Positions 7,539 to 15,787 of a stretch of 32,070 nucleotides of DNA are shown piece by piece. The notes under the pieces were generated by a model. That model had not been told where the DNA came from and ran no database searches. It worked only from the letters and a program-made list of their open reading frames with translations. This DNA is from Gaiellaceae bacterium (GTDB lineage: Bacteria; Actinomycetota; Thermoleophilia; Gaiellales; Gaiellaceae), in contig DATFSG010000214.1 in the NCBI GenBank assembly GCA_035262765.1, positions 1 through 32,070 on the forward strand, written 5' to 3'. The translations under genes were made by a program, and so were the position numbers. Numbering within the stretch: the first letter of the stretch is position 1; each line of letters starts with the position of its first letter.

Positions 7539-7973
7539 CTACGGACAGGGATCCGCGGCTGCGGAGGTGTCGTTCTGGACCTGACCGCCCGGACCAACGA
7601 CGTGGGCCCAGTGGCCACCGCTCACGGCCGAGATGCAATACGTCTGGCCGGAAGCGTCGTTGTTGTTGTCGGCCGTCCCGATGCCGGTCGAGCCGGCGAC
7701 CGAGACGACGAGACCGGAGTCGTACGTGCTCTTCAGCAACGCGGCGGTCATGCCGGTGTAGTTGTTGTTGTCCGAATACCAAGCCTCGGCATCCGGAATC
7801 GCCGCGCGGACGTCCGACATCGCAGCCGTCTGCTGAGCCTTCTTCTGGAAGCCCAGGTAGGACGGAATGGCGATCGCGAGCAGAACGCCGATGATGATCA
7901 GAACGACCAGGAGCTCGATGAGCGTGAAGCCGCTCTCGTCCCGTGCGTTCAGCCGCTGTCTGAGGGTATGCAT
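7539..7973 (-). CDS. pilA: Type IV pilin (major pilin candidate)
   Basis: Class III signal: MHTLRQRLNARDESG|FTLIELLVVLIIIGVLLAIAIPSY, with Gly-1, Phe+1 and Glu+5. Two C-terminal Cys (C...C, about 30 residues apart) suggest a disulfide loop. AAGGAGA Shine-Dalgarno lies upstream of ATG 7973. Confidence 0.92.
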   Translation of the reverse strand: MHTLRQRLNARDESGFTLIELLVVLIIIGVLLAIAIPSYLGFQKKAQQTAAMSDVRAAIPDAEAWYSDNNNYTGMTAALLKSTYDSGLVVSVAGSTGIGTADNNNDASGQTYCISAVSGGHWAHVVGPGGQVQNDTSAAADPCP

Positions 7974-8046
7974 GCAGTCTCCTTTGTAGGACGGGTAACC
8001 CAGACCCGCCGTGTATCGGCAGCGGCCGCGACGGCTCGTCCCCCCT

Positions 8047-8136
8047 TACGAGTGATTCGCCTCACCCCCGGCATCCCCCGCGCTGGGGGATGTCTTTCCG
8101 GCGCCGGCTCCAGCCTCTCCCTCGTATGAGTGATTC
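8047..8136. promoter_or_regulatory. Direct repeat pair flanking a perfect hairpin or palindrome in the pilA-pilT divergent intergenic region
   Basis: TACGAGTGATTC (8047-8058) and TATGAGTGATTC (8125-8136) are 11 of 12 identical and 78 bp apart. Between them lies CATCCCCC-GCGCT-GGGGGATG (8072-8092), with 8-bp perfect arms. Function unknown. Confidence 0.35.
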
Positions 8137-8186
8137 CCGGCGGCGTCCCTAAAGCGAGCCACATCGCCCGCCGATAGCTCGCTCGC

Positions 8187-9335
8187 ATGACGCCGCAAGC
8201 CTTTTCCATCGACACGCTCCTCGAGCGCGTCGCCGCCGAGGACGCCTCCGACCTCCACATCACGGCGGGGTCGCCTCCGCTGCTGCGCATGCGCGGCCGG
8301 CTGGCGCCGCTGGAGGAGTACGAGGCCTTTACGCCCGAGGAGACGCGCGACCTTCTCTATCGCGTCCTTTCCACGGAGCAGCAGAAGCGCCTCGAGATCG
8401 ACCGCCAGATCGACTTCTCCTACTCCGTCCCCGGCGTCGCCCGCTTCCGCGTCAACATCTACTTCCAGCGCGACACGCTCGCCGCCGCCTTTCGCCTCGT
8501 ACCCGGGCTGATCAAGTCGGCCGCCCAACTGGGCCTCCCGGAGGTTCTCCTCCAGCTCGCGTGCGAGCCGCGCGGACTCGTCCTCGTAACAGGCCCGACC
8601 GGCTCCGGTAAGTCGACGACGCTCGCGACGATGATCGACTCGATCAACGAGTCCCGCGCCATGCACATCGTGACGATCGAGGACCCGATCGAGTTCCTGC
8701 ACCAGCACAAGACCTCGGTCATCAACCAGCGCGAGGTCGGCGCCGACGCCAAAGGCTTCGCCGAGGCGTTGCGAGGCGCGCTCCGCCAGGACCCCGACGT
8801 GATCCTCGTGGGAGAAATGCGGGACCTCGAGACGATCTCGACCGCGCTGACGGCGGCCGAGACGGGCCACCTCGTGCTCGCGACGCTGCACACGCAGAGC
8901 GCGCCGAGCACGATCGACCGCATCATCGACGTCTTCCCGTCGGCCCAGCAGGGCCAGGTGCGGATGCAGCTCGCCGCGTCGCTCCAGGGGATCGTCACGC
9001 AGACGCTGCTCCCGAGCGCCGACGGCCGCAAGCGCGTGCCTGCGCTCGAGGTGCTCCTGCCCGACGACGCCGTCCGAAACCTCATCCGGCAGGGCAAGAC
9101 CGAGCAGATCTATTCCGTCATGCAGACGAACACGACGCGCGGCATGCAGACGATGGAGCAGTGCCTCGCCGAGCTGGTCGTCCGCAAGACGATCACACAG
9201 GACACCGCGCTCAACGTCACCAGCCGGCGCGAAGAGTTCGAGGCGCTGCTCGCACGCAGCGGCGTCAAGCCACGGTCCGATGAACACCTCCCCGAGGCCC
9301 TCCGCGGCCTCCGAGTCGCAGGAGCCTCACAGTGA
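8187..9335 (+). CDS. pilT: Type IV pilus retraction ATPase (twitching motility protein PilT)
   Basis: N-terminus is ASDLHITAGSPPLLRMRG. Walker A GPTGSGKSTT, Walker B DPDVILVGEMRD, His box TGHLVLATLHT. The PilT-specific AIRNLIRE-like motif is present as AVRNLIRQGK. Confidence 0.92.
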   Translation: MTPQAFSIDTLLERVAAEDASDLHITAGSPPLLRMRGRLAPLEEYEAFTPEETRDLLYRVLSTEQQKRLEIDRQIDFSYSVPGVARFRVNIYFQRDTLAAAFRLVPGLIKSAAQLGLPEVLLQLACEPRGLVLVTGPTGSGKSTTLATMIDSINESRAMHIVTIEDPIEFLHQHKTSVINQREVGADAKGFAEALRGALRQDPDVILVGEMRDLETISTALTAAETGHLVLATLHTQSAPSTIDRIIDVFPSAQQGQVRMQLAASLQGIVTQTLLPSADGRKRVPALEVLLPDDAVRNLIRQGKTEQIYSVMQTNTTRGMQTMEQCLAELVVRKTITQDTALNVTSRREEFEALLARSGVKPRSDEHLPEALRGLRVAGASQ

Positions 9336-10591
9336 GCGGATTTTCCGAGCTGATGAAGAAGGACATCTCCTTCAAGCGCAAGCCGTCGACGAAGTCGACC
9401 AAGGCGTCGAAGACCGAGACCCCGTCGACCGAGACGAACGCCACCGCGGCGACGGAAGACCAGGCACCGAAGAAGCGGAGCCTGTCCATGTCGAAGCGCG
9501 CGCCGAAGCAGAAGGTCGCGCCGACGAAGGCGAGCTCAAGCAGCCGGCATAAGCAGGTCGTCGGGCTGAGCGTCGGCGCCTCCCAGCTCGCGGCCGCCGT
9601 CGTTGTCAACAACGGCCGGCCGAAGCTCGTCAAGGTTGCCCGGCATGCGCTCCCGCCCGAGGTCGTAGTAGGAGGCGAGGTGCGCGACCCCGAGGCGCTC
9701 GCCAGCGAGATCGCGGCCTTCTTCTCTGACGCGGACCTGCCGCGCAAGAACGTCCGTCTCGGCATCGGCTCGAGCCGCACCGGCGTCCGCGTCTTCGAGC
9801 GCCCCGAGGTCGACGACCCGCGGCAGCTCGCGAACGCCATTCGCTTCCGCGCCTACGAGACCCTGCCGATCCCGATCGAAGAGGCGATGCTCGATTACCA
9901 CATCGTCGAGGAAAACAACACGCCTGACCGCGTGCTCCTCGCCGTCGCCTACCGCGACCTCGTCGACCGCTTCGCGGCCACGTGCACGGCGGCCAAGATC
10001 GAGCTCGTCGGCATCGACATCGAGGCCTTTGCCCTGCTCCGCGCCGTCGGCGGCGAGCCGCTGGGAGGTGGCGAGCGCGCCGAGGCCGCTCGCGTCGCCG
10101 TCTCGATCGGCCACGACCGCACGACGGTCGCGGTCTCCGACGGGAACGTCTGCGAGTTCACGCGCGTCCTCGACTGGGGCGGTGCCCGCGTCACGGCCGC
10201 GATCGAGCGCGCTCTCGACGCCGACACCGAAGAGGCCGACCGGATCAAGCGGACGCTCGACATCTCCGCCAACGCGTCGGAGGAGCAGGCCAACGAGCGC
10301 ACAGCCAAGGCCGTCGATGCGGCCCGCCGTGAGGTCAGCGGCCTCGCGCGCGAGCTCGCCTCCTCCCTCCACTTCTACCAAGATCAGCCTGACTCTCTGG
10401 GCTTCGCCGAGATCACCGTCACCGGGGGCGGCGCCCATCTCCAGGGGCTCGCCGAGCAGCTCGAGGAGCTGATCGGCATCAGCGTCCGTGTCGCCGACCC
10501 GTTCGCGCGCGTCGGCTCCGGGCACGGCATTAGCTCCAACGGCCAGGACGGCGCCCTCGCCGTCGCAATCGGACTTGGAATCGAGGACTGA
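9332..10591 (+). CDS. pilM: Type IV pilus assembly protein PilM (actin-like ATPase fold) with a Lys/Ser/Thr-rich N-terminal extension
   Basis: The PilM core begins near VVGLSVGASQLAAAVV...LPPEVVVGGEVRDPEALASEI and is followed by IELVGIDIEAFALLRA. GTG 9332 overlaps the pilT stop (GTGA). Alternative in-frame starts are ATG 9353 and ATG 9488. Confidence 0.85.
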   Translation: MSGFSELMKKDISFKRKPSTKSTKASKTETPSTETNATAATEDQAPKKRSLSMSKRAPKQKVAPTKASSSSRHKQVVGLSVGASQLAAAVVVNNGRPKLVKVARHALPPEVVVGGEVRDPEALASEIAAFFSDADLPRKNVRLGIGSSRTGVRVFERPEVDDPRQLANAIRFRAYETLPIPIEEAMLDYHIVEENNTPDRVLLAVAYRDLVDRFAATCTAAKIELVGIDIEAFALLRAVGGEPLGGGERAEAARVAVSIGHDRTTVAVSDGNVCEFTRVLDWGGARVTAAIERALDADTEEADRIKRTLDISANASEEQANERTAKAVDAARREVSGLARELASSLHFYQDQPDSLGFAEITVTGGGAHLQGLAEQLEELIGISVRVADPFARVGSGHGISSNGQDGALAVAIGLGIED

Positions 10592-11217
10592 TGCGCGCCG
10601 TCAACCTTCTCCCCCGTCAGCAGGTCGAGCAGAAGCGCGAGCGCACGAATCCGGTCGTCCTCGTCGCGGCCATCGGCGGAGCGGCCGTCGTGCTCGCGCT
10701 CGTCGCCGGCACCCTGCTCGCCAGCCGCAGCGTGAGCCGCGAGCAGCAGGCCCTCTCGAGCGCACGGGCCGTGCTCGCAGTCACCCCCGCGCACCACGTC
10801 TCGGCGACCACGCAGACATTCCGCAAACAGGTGCTCACGCAACGCGAGCAGCGTTCGCTCGCACTCGCGTCGGCGCTCTCCAAGCGCGTCGCGTGGGATC
10901 GCGTCCTGCGCCGCTTCGCACTGGTGCTGCCGAGTGACGTCTGGCTCACGAGCCTCACCGCGACCGTGCCGCTCGATCCTGCCCCGACGACCCCGACAAC
11001 CACGACGAGCGCGCTGCCGGCTACCGCCACGGAAGTCACCTTCCAGGGCTACACCTACTCGCAGGAGAGCGTCGCACGGCTGCTCGAGCGGCTCTCGGTC
11101 GTCCCGGACTTCGAGGATGTCCAGCTCCAGAGCAGCACGACCACGCAGGTCTCCGGGCAGAACGTCGTCAACTTCACGATCGTCGCCAACATCCGCCAAG
11201 GAAAGGGGGCGTCGTGA
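10591..11217 (+). CDS. pilN: Type IV pilus assembly protein PilN
   Basis: N-terminal MRAVNLLPRQQ (the conserved INLLP-type PilM-binding motif) is followed by a single TM (VVLVAAIGGAAVVLALVAGTLL). The periplasm-like domain ends VNFTIVANI. The ATG overlaps the pilM stop by 1 nt. Confidence 0.8.
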   Translation: MRAVNLLPRQQVEQKRERTNPVVLVAAIGGAAVVLALVAGTLLASRSVSREQQALSSARAVLAVTPAHHVSATTQTFRKQVLTQREQRSLALASALSKRVAWDRVLRRFALVLPSDVWLTSLTATVPLDPAPTTPTTTTSALPATATEVTFQGYTYSQESVARLLERLSVVPDFEDVQLQSSTTTQVSGQNVVNFTIVANIRQGKGAS

Positions 11218-11951
11218 CCGCCCGCTTCGCAAGCCTGCCGAAGGCGGCTCAGGTCGCACTCGTGGCGACCGGGCTGCTGCTCGTCGCGCTCGTCGGCTAC
11301 TTCGCCCTGATCGCACCGAAGCGCTCGACGGCCTCCAACCTGAAGAAGCAGACGGCCGCCGTGCAGGCCGAGATCAACAGCAACCGCTCGTCGGCGTTCA
11401 CGCAGGCGCTGCCGGCGGTGCGAGCCGCGAGCGTCTTCAGCGTGGCGCAGGCCATGCCGAACACGCTCGACACGCCCGACGTGCTCATTTCGCTCAGCCG
11501 GCTGGCGGAGAACTCCGGAATCGCGTTCGACGACATCACGCCGCAAGGGTCCGCTAGTACCAGCACGACGTCGAGCAGCGCGGCAACCGGGGTCGCCACC
11601 ACGACCACCGGCGATCCATTTGCGGCCGAGCCGATCCAGGCCAAGTTCACCGGCAGCTTCTACAACCTGCTCGTCTTCCTGCAGCGGGTGCGCAACCAGG
11701 TCCGCGTGCAGAACGGCAAGCTCTTCACCGCCGGACGGCTCTTCGACGTCACCGGCGTCACTCTCGCCCAGGGTCCGCAGGGCTGGCCCCAGGTCTCGGC
11801 CACGCTCGTGATCAACGAGTTCGTGCCGCAGGCGACCGCTCCGGCCACCACCCCGGGAGCCGCCGGCACTACTTCGACGACAACCACGCCGGCCACGACG
11901 ACCAGCTCCGGCACGTCGGCGGCGCCGAGCTCGAGCGGAGGGACTTCATGA
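11214..11951 (+). CDS. pilO: Type IV pilus assembly protein PilO-like
   Basis: Single TM (VALVATGLLLVALVGYFALI), then a coiled segment, then a PilO-like core: LSRLAENSGIAFDDITPQ...IQAKFTGSFYNLLVFLQRVRN. GTG 11214 overlaps the pilN stop (GTGA). The position after pilN supports the call. Confidence 0.7.
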   Translation: MTARFASLPKAAQVALVATGLLLVALVGYFALIAPKRSTASNLKKQTAAVQAEINSNRSSAFTQALPAVRAASVFSVAQAMPNTLDTPDVLISLSRLAENSGIAFDDITPQGSASTSTTSSSAATGVATTTTGDPFAAEPIQAKFTGSFYNLLVFLQRVRNQVRVQNGKLFTAGRLFDVTGVTLAQGPQGWPQVSATLVINEFVPQATAPATTPGAAGTTSTTTTPATTTSSGTSAAPSSSGGTS

Positions 11952-12649
11952 ACCGCAAGCAGAAGAGAATGGAGAGCCTCCGCGAGGCCAAGGACAAGCG
12001 GATGAAAAAGGTCGCGGTCGCGCTCTCGGTCGTGCTCGCAGTCGTCCTCGCGTTCGAGGTCCCCTCGATGCTCAAGGGCAGTGGCGGCAGCTCGACGCCC
12101 ACCGCGGCCGCGCCGACCGGCTCGCAGTCGACCACGCCGCCCGGCACCGCGTCCGCCGCCGTCGCCCCGGTGGCGAGCACGAAGCTGCCGAACTCGGACG
12201 CGCTGCCGAGGGGTGGGAAGTCGGAGCTCTACTCGTTCAGCCACTTCACCGCCAAGGATCCGTTCGTCCAGCAGGTCGTCGCCGTTAGCAGTTCGCCCGC
12301 TAGCGGTTCGAGCAGCAGCTCGAACCCGCAGAGCACATCGATCGCACCGACGACGGGCACGGCCGCCGCGGTCACCCACCATCAGGCGTCCCGCACGCTC
12401 GCTGTGAGGGGAGCGGCGCGGATCGCCGTCAACGGCCGGGTTCAGATTGTGCGTGTGGGGACGAGTTTCCCGAGCTCCAACCCTCTCTTCCGGCTGGTCT
12501 CGGTCAGCAGCAACGGTGTCGCGAAGATCGGAATCGCCAGCGGCTCGTACTCGAGCGGCGCGCGGACGATCTCGCTCGTGACGGGCCGGACGCTGACGCT
12601 CGTCGACACGGCCGACGGCATCCGCTACCAGCTCCGCCTGATCGGCTAA
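11948..12649 (+). CDS. Uncharacterised single-pass membrane protein encoded between pilO and pilC (candidate pilus alignment-complex component)
   Basis: ATG 11948 overlaps the pilO stop (ATGA), and pilC starts 7 nt after its stop. Basic N-terminus is MNRKQKRMESLREAKDKRMKK and the TM is VAVALSVVLAVVLAF. Ser/Thr/Pro linkers and a KDPF motif follow. The C-terminal beta-rich region is RIAVNGRVQIVRVGTSF...LFRLVSVSSNGVAKIGI...TLTLVDTADGIRYQLRLIG. I could not assign a family. Confidence 0.6.
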   Translation: MNRKQKRMESLREAKDKRMKKVAVALSVVLAVVLAFEVPSMLKGSGGSSTPTAAAPTGSQSTTPPGTASAAVAPVASTKLPNSDALPRGGKSELYSFSHFTAKDPFVQQVVAVSSSPASGSSSSSNPQSTSIAPTTGTAAAVTHHQASRTLAVRGAARIAVNGRVQIVRVGTSFPSSNPLFRLVSVSSNGVAKIGIASGSYSSGARTISLVTGRTLTLVDTADGIRYQLRLIG

Positions 12650-12656
12650 CCCCACG

Positions 12657-13883
12657 ATGGCAGGCTTCGCCTATACCGCGATCAGCATCGAGGGCCTCGA
12701 GACCGTCGGCGAGGTCCACGCGCCCGATCTCGAAGCCGCCCGCGAGCAGCTCCGCATCCGCGGCCTGCTCGCGCAGACGCTCCGCGAGCTGCCTGCGAGC
12801 GGCGAAGAGGGGCTGCGCACCGCCTTCAAGAAGATCAAGCCCCGCTCGATGCAGGTCTTCTCGCGCCAGTTCGCGACGATGATCGAGGCGGGCCTGAACA
12901 TCGTCGCCTCGCTCGTGATCCTCGAGCAGCAGACCGACGACGTCTATCTCGCCGAGGTCATCGGCGAGCTCCGCGCCGACGTCGAGGGAGGCCTGCTCCT
13001 CTCTCAGGCGATGGCGCGCCACCCGAAGGTGTTCAACGACCTCTACGTCTCGATGGTGCAGGCCGGCGAGGCCTCGGGAATGCTCGACAACGTCCTCGAC
13101 CGCGTCGCGGACCAGATCGAGAAGGAGACGAAGCTCAAGCGCCGCGTGAAGGGCGCGATGGTGTACCCGACCGTCGTCTTCACCTTCGCTTGCCTCGTGC
13201 TCGTGGCGATGCTGATGTTCATCGTCCCGATCTTCGCGAAGATCTTCACGGAGCTCCACGGGCAGCTGCCGATGCTGACGCGGGTCGTCCTCACCGCCTC
13301 GGACGCTCTCCGCAACTACTGGTACATCATCTTCCCGCTGCTCGGGCTCGGGGTCTGGGGCGCCCTGCGCTACAAGAAGACCGACGGCGGACGCCAGAAG
13401 TGGGACCGGTTCAAGCTGCACGCCCCGGTCAAGATCGGGGACGTCGTGCTCAAGGTGACGATGGCGCGGCTGCTCCGCACGCTCGCCACGCTCGTCGCCG
13501 CGGGCGTCGACATCATCAAGGCGCTCGACATCGCCGGCTCCACGGCGGGCAATTACCTCGTCGAGAAGGCGCTCGCGGAGGCGCGGGTCAAGGTGCAGGA
13601 GGGCGTCCCGATCGCGGAGCCCCTGACGGCCGACCCGATTTTCCCGCCCATGGTCAGCCAGATGGTCCGGATCGGCGAGGAGACCGGCGAGCTCGAGCAG
13701 ATGCTGTCGAAGATCGCCGACTTCTACGAGGACGAGGTCGACAGCGCGATCGCGTCGCTGACCTCGATCATCGAGCCGCTGATGATGATCGGCGTCGGCT
13801 TCATGGTCGGCATCATCATCATCGCCATGTACCTCCCGATGTTCAAGCTGATGCAGCTGATCGGGAACCAGGGCTCGAACTAG
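12657..13883 (+). CDS. pilC: Type IV pilus platform protein PilC (GspF/T2SSF family)
   Basis: Two T2SSF repeats: FSRQFATMIEAGLNIVASLVIL and LLRTLATLVAAGVDIIKALDI. Three TM regions. C-terminal IEPLMMIGVGFMVGIIIIAMYLPMFKL is typical of the family. Confidence 0.92.
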   Translation: MAGFAYTAISIEGLETVGEVHAPDLEAAREQLRIRGLLAQTLRELPASGEEGLRTAFKKIKPRSMQVFSRQFATMIEAGLNIVASLVILEQQTDDVYLAEVIGELRADVEGGLLLSQAMARHPKVFNDLYVSMVQAGEASGMLDNVLDRVADQIEKETKLKRRVKGAMVYPTVVFTFACLVLVAMLMFIVPIFAKIFTELHGQLPMLTRVVLTASDALRNYWYIIFPLLGLGVWGALRYKKTDGGRQKWDRFKLHAPVKIGDVVLKVTMARLLRTLATLVAAGVDIIKALDIAGSTAGNYLVEKALAEARVKVQEGVPIAEPLTADPIFPPMVSQMVRIGEETGELEQMLSKIADFYEDEVDSAIASLTSIIEPLMMIGVGFMVGIIIIAMYLPMFKLMQLIGNQGSN

Positions 13884-14973
13884 CCGCCGCCAGCGAGACC
13901 GCATAGATCGCACGGATCGCGGCGAGCTCCGCGCCGCTGGCCGACGCCGGGTCGGAGAGGCTTCCCTGGAGGAGCTTCTCCAGCGCGCGGAACGTGACCG
14001 GGAGCTTTGCGAGCGCGTACGTCGTGCGCGGGAACCGCTCGAAGGCGCGCTTCGCCCCCCAGCCGGCTCGCGTGAGCGGCGTGATCCGGCGCTCGACCGC
14101 CGCCTGGTACCCGTCGAGGTTCTCGGCGCGCCCGGCTAGCACGTCGAGGGTCGCCTCCGCGACGAGCCTCGCCGAGAGGAACGCCTCGTACATCCCGTCG
14201 CCCGAGAACGGATCGACGAGCCCGGCCGCGTCGCCGATGACCGCAGTGGTTCCTCGAGCGAGCCGGGTGCGCGGCATCCGCATAGGTAGCCGGTAGCCGC
14301 GAGTGTCGCTCGCAGCGTCCGGGTCGACTCCATACGCCTCGCACATCCGGCGCAGCTCGGCGCGCAGCTTCGGTGCCTCCTCCGCGTTTCCGCCCACACC
14401 GACGTTGATGTGGTCGCCCTTGGGGAAGATCCAGCCGTAGCCGCCGCGGATGATCGCGATCTCGAGCACCATCCCGCCCGCGTAGCGCGCCTCGTGCGGA
14501 TAGTTCGCCTCGAGGGCGACGCCGTGGACGACGCGATCGGCGAGCCCGAGCTGCTTGGCCGACTGGCCGTTGCAGCCGTCGGCACCGATCACGACGCGAG
14601 CGTCGAGCTCGCGCGCGTCGGCAGTCTCGCCCTCGCGCACTTCGACACCTGCGTCGGCGGCCTTCTGGAGCAGGAAGTGGTCGAGCCGCCGCCGCTGGGT
14701 CATGTAGGCGAGCGGCCCGCGAGCCTGTCTCGTGATGCGGCGGCCGTAGCGGAGGCTGCAGTCCAGCCGGTCGGCGACGTCCTCCACGACCGGCTCGATC
14801 GAGAACGGCAGCAGCCGCGCCGCCCGGCCGGTGACGCCGCCGCCGCAGGGCTTGTCCCGCGGGAACTTCGCCTTGTCGAGGAGCAGCACGCTCTTGCCCG
14901 CCCTCGCGAGCCGGTAGGCGGCCGTCGAGCCCGCGGGCCCGCCGCCGAGGATGGCTACGTCGTAGGTCTCCAC
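13843..14973 (-). CDS. Geranylgeranyl reductase-family FAD-dependent oxidoreductase
   Basis: N-terminal dinucleotide fold YDVAILGGGPAGSTAAYRLARAGKSVLLLDK, followed by FPRDKPCGGGV, which is typical of this family. GTG start at 14973 lies 13 nt downstream of the ABC-2 permease stop. The 3' end overlaps the pilC 3' end convergently by 41 nt. Confidence 0.85.
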   Translation of the reverse strand: METYDVAILGGGPAGSTAAYRLARAGKSVLLLDKAKFPRDKPCGGGVTGRAARLLPFSIEPVVEDVADRLDCSLRYGRRITRQARGPLAYMTQRRRLDHFLLQKAADAGVEVREGETADARELDARVVIGADGCNGQSAKQLGLADRVVHGVALEANYPHEARYAGGMVLEIAIIRGGYGWIFPKGDHINVGVGGNAEEAPKLRAELRRMCEAYGVDPDAASDTRGYRLPMRMPRTRLARGTTAVIGDAAGLVDPFSGDGMYEAFLSARLVAEATLDVLAGRAENLDGYQAAVERRITPLTRAGWGAKRAFERFPRTTYALAKLPVTFRALEKLLQGSLSDPASASGAELAAIRAIYAVSLAAASSSPGSRSAASA

Positions 14974-14986
14974 ATCCGGAACGGTA

Positions 14987-15787
14987 TTAGGTCACCACGC
15001 GCGCGTGAAATGTTCGTAAGGAGAAGATCGCCAGTCCGATCGAGCCGCCCACCAGCGCGAGCGAGAACGCCCAGGCCGGCATGTGCGGCAGCTGGGGCGT
15101 CAGCGAGGCCCGCAGCGCCTCGCTCATGTAGACCATCGGGTTCAGGAGCACGAGCAGCTTGAGCCACAGAATCGGCGTGAGCACTGCCCACGGGTAGTAG
15201 ATGCAGCCGAGGAACGTGAGCGGGAGAACGACGACCGCGAACAGCAGCGTCACCTTGCGCGGGTCGAGCACCGTCCCGATGAAGAGCCCCATCGCGGCCG
15301 CGAGGAACGAGGCGAAGATCAGCGCGAACGCGAAGAGCCAGGGGTCGTAGACGTGCACGTCGGGGGCCTCTCCTTCCGCGTGGACGAGGTAGACGATCGG
15401 GAAGACGACGCCGGCGGCCAGCAGCGACTGCATCGCGCCGATGCAGATCTTCTCGAAGCCGACGACCCAGACCGGCACCGGCGCCAGCACCCGATCCTCG
15501 ATCTCCCGGCTGACGCTGAACTCCTGCACCAGCGGCAGCGCGACGGCCGATATCCCCTGGAAGTTGATCGCGACCGCGATCAGCCCGGGCACGAGGACGG
15601 TGGAGAACGAAACGCCGGCGGCCGCGCCGTGGAAGCCCTGGCCGATCTTGGGAAAGACGTAGGCGAAGACGAACACGAACAGGAGCGGCTGCATGACGGT
15701 GCGCACGAGGAACTGACCGAAGTTCCGACGCAGCACACGGATGTCCCGGGCGAGCAGCGCGCCGAACGTGTGGAGGTAGGCGCTCAC
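14987..15787 (-). CDS. ABC-2 type exporter permease
   Basis: Six hydrophobic segments. Family-typical N-terminus is LLARDIRVLRRNFGQFLVRTVMQPLLFVFVFAYVF. GTG start overlaps the ATPase stop (GTGA). Confidence 0.85.
   Translation of the reverse strand: MSAYLHTFGALLARDIRVLRRNFGQFLVRTVMQPLLFVFVFAYVFPKIGQGFHGAAAGVSFSTVLVPGLIAVAINFQGISAVALPLVQEFSVSREIEDRVLAPVPVWVVGFEKICIGAMQSLLAAGVVFPIVYLVHAEGEAPDVHVYDPWLFAFALIFASFLAAAMGLFIGTVLDPRKVTLLFAVVVLPLTFLGCIYYPWAVLTPILWLKLLVLLNPMVYMSEALRASLTPQLPHMPAWAFSLALVGGSIGLAIFSLRTFHARVVT

Noticed and set aside
7974-8186. Sigma-54 (GG-N10-GC) promoter upstream of the pilin gene, as in many proteobacterial pilA genes
   Set aside because: I found no TGGCAC-N5-TTGC-like element on the minus strand of the intergenic region. 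The apparent phylum generally lacks sigma-54.
10966-12365. Repetitive ACC/ACG/TCG/CCG-rich DNA tracts considered as a possible CRISPR or tandem repeat array
   Set aside because: There is no regular repeat-spacer periodicity. The tracts are in-frame Ser/Thr/Pro codon runs inside well-supported coding sequences.
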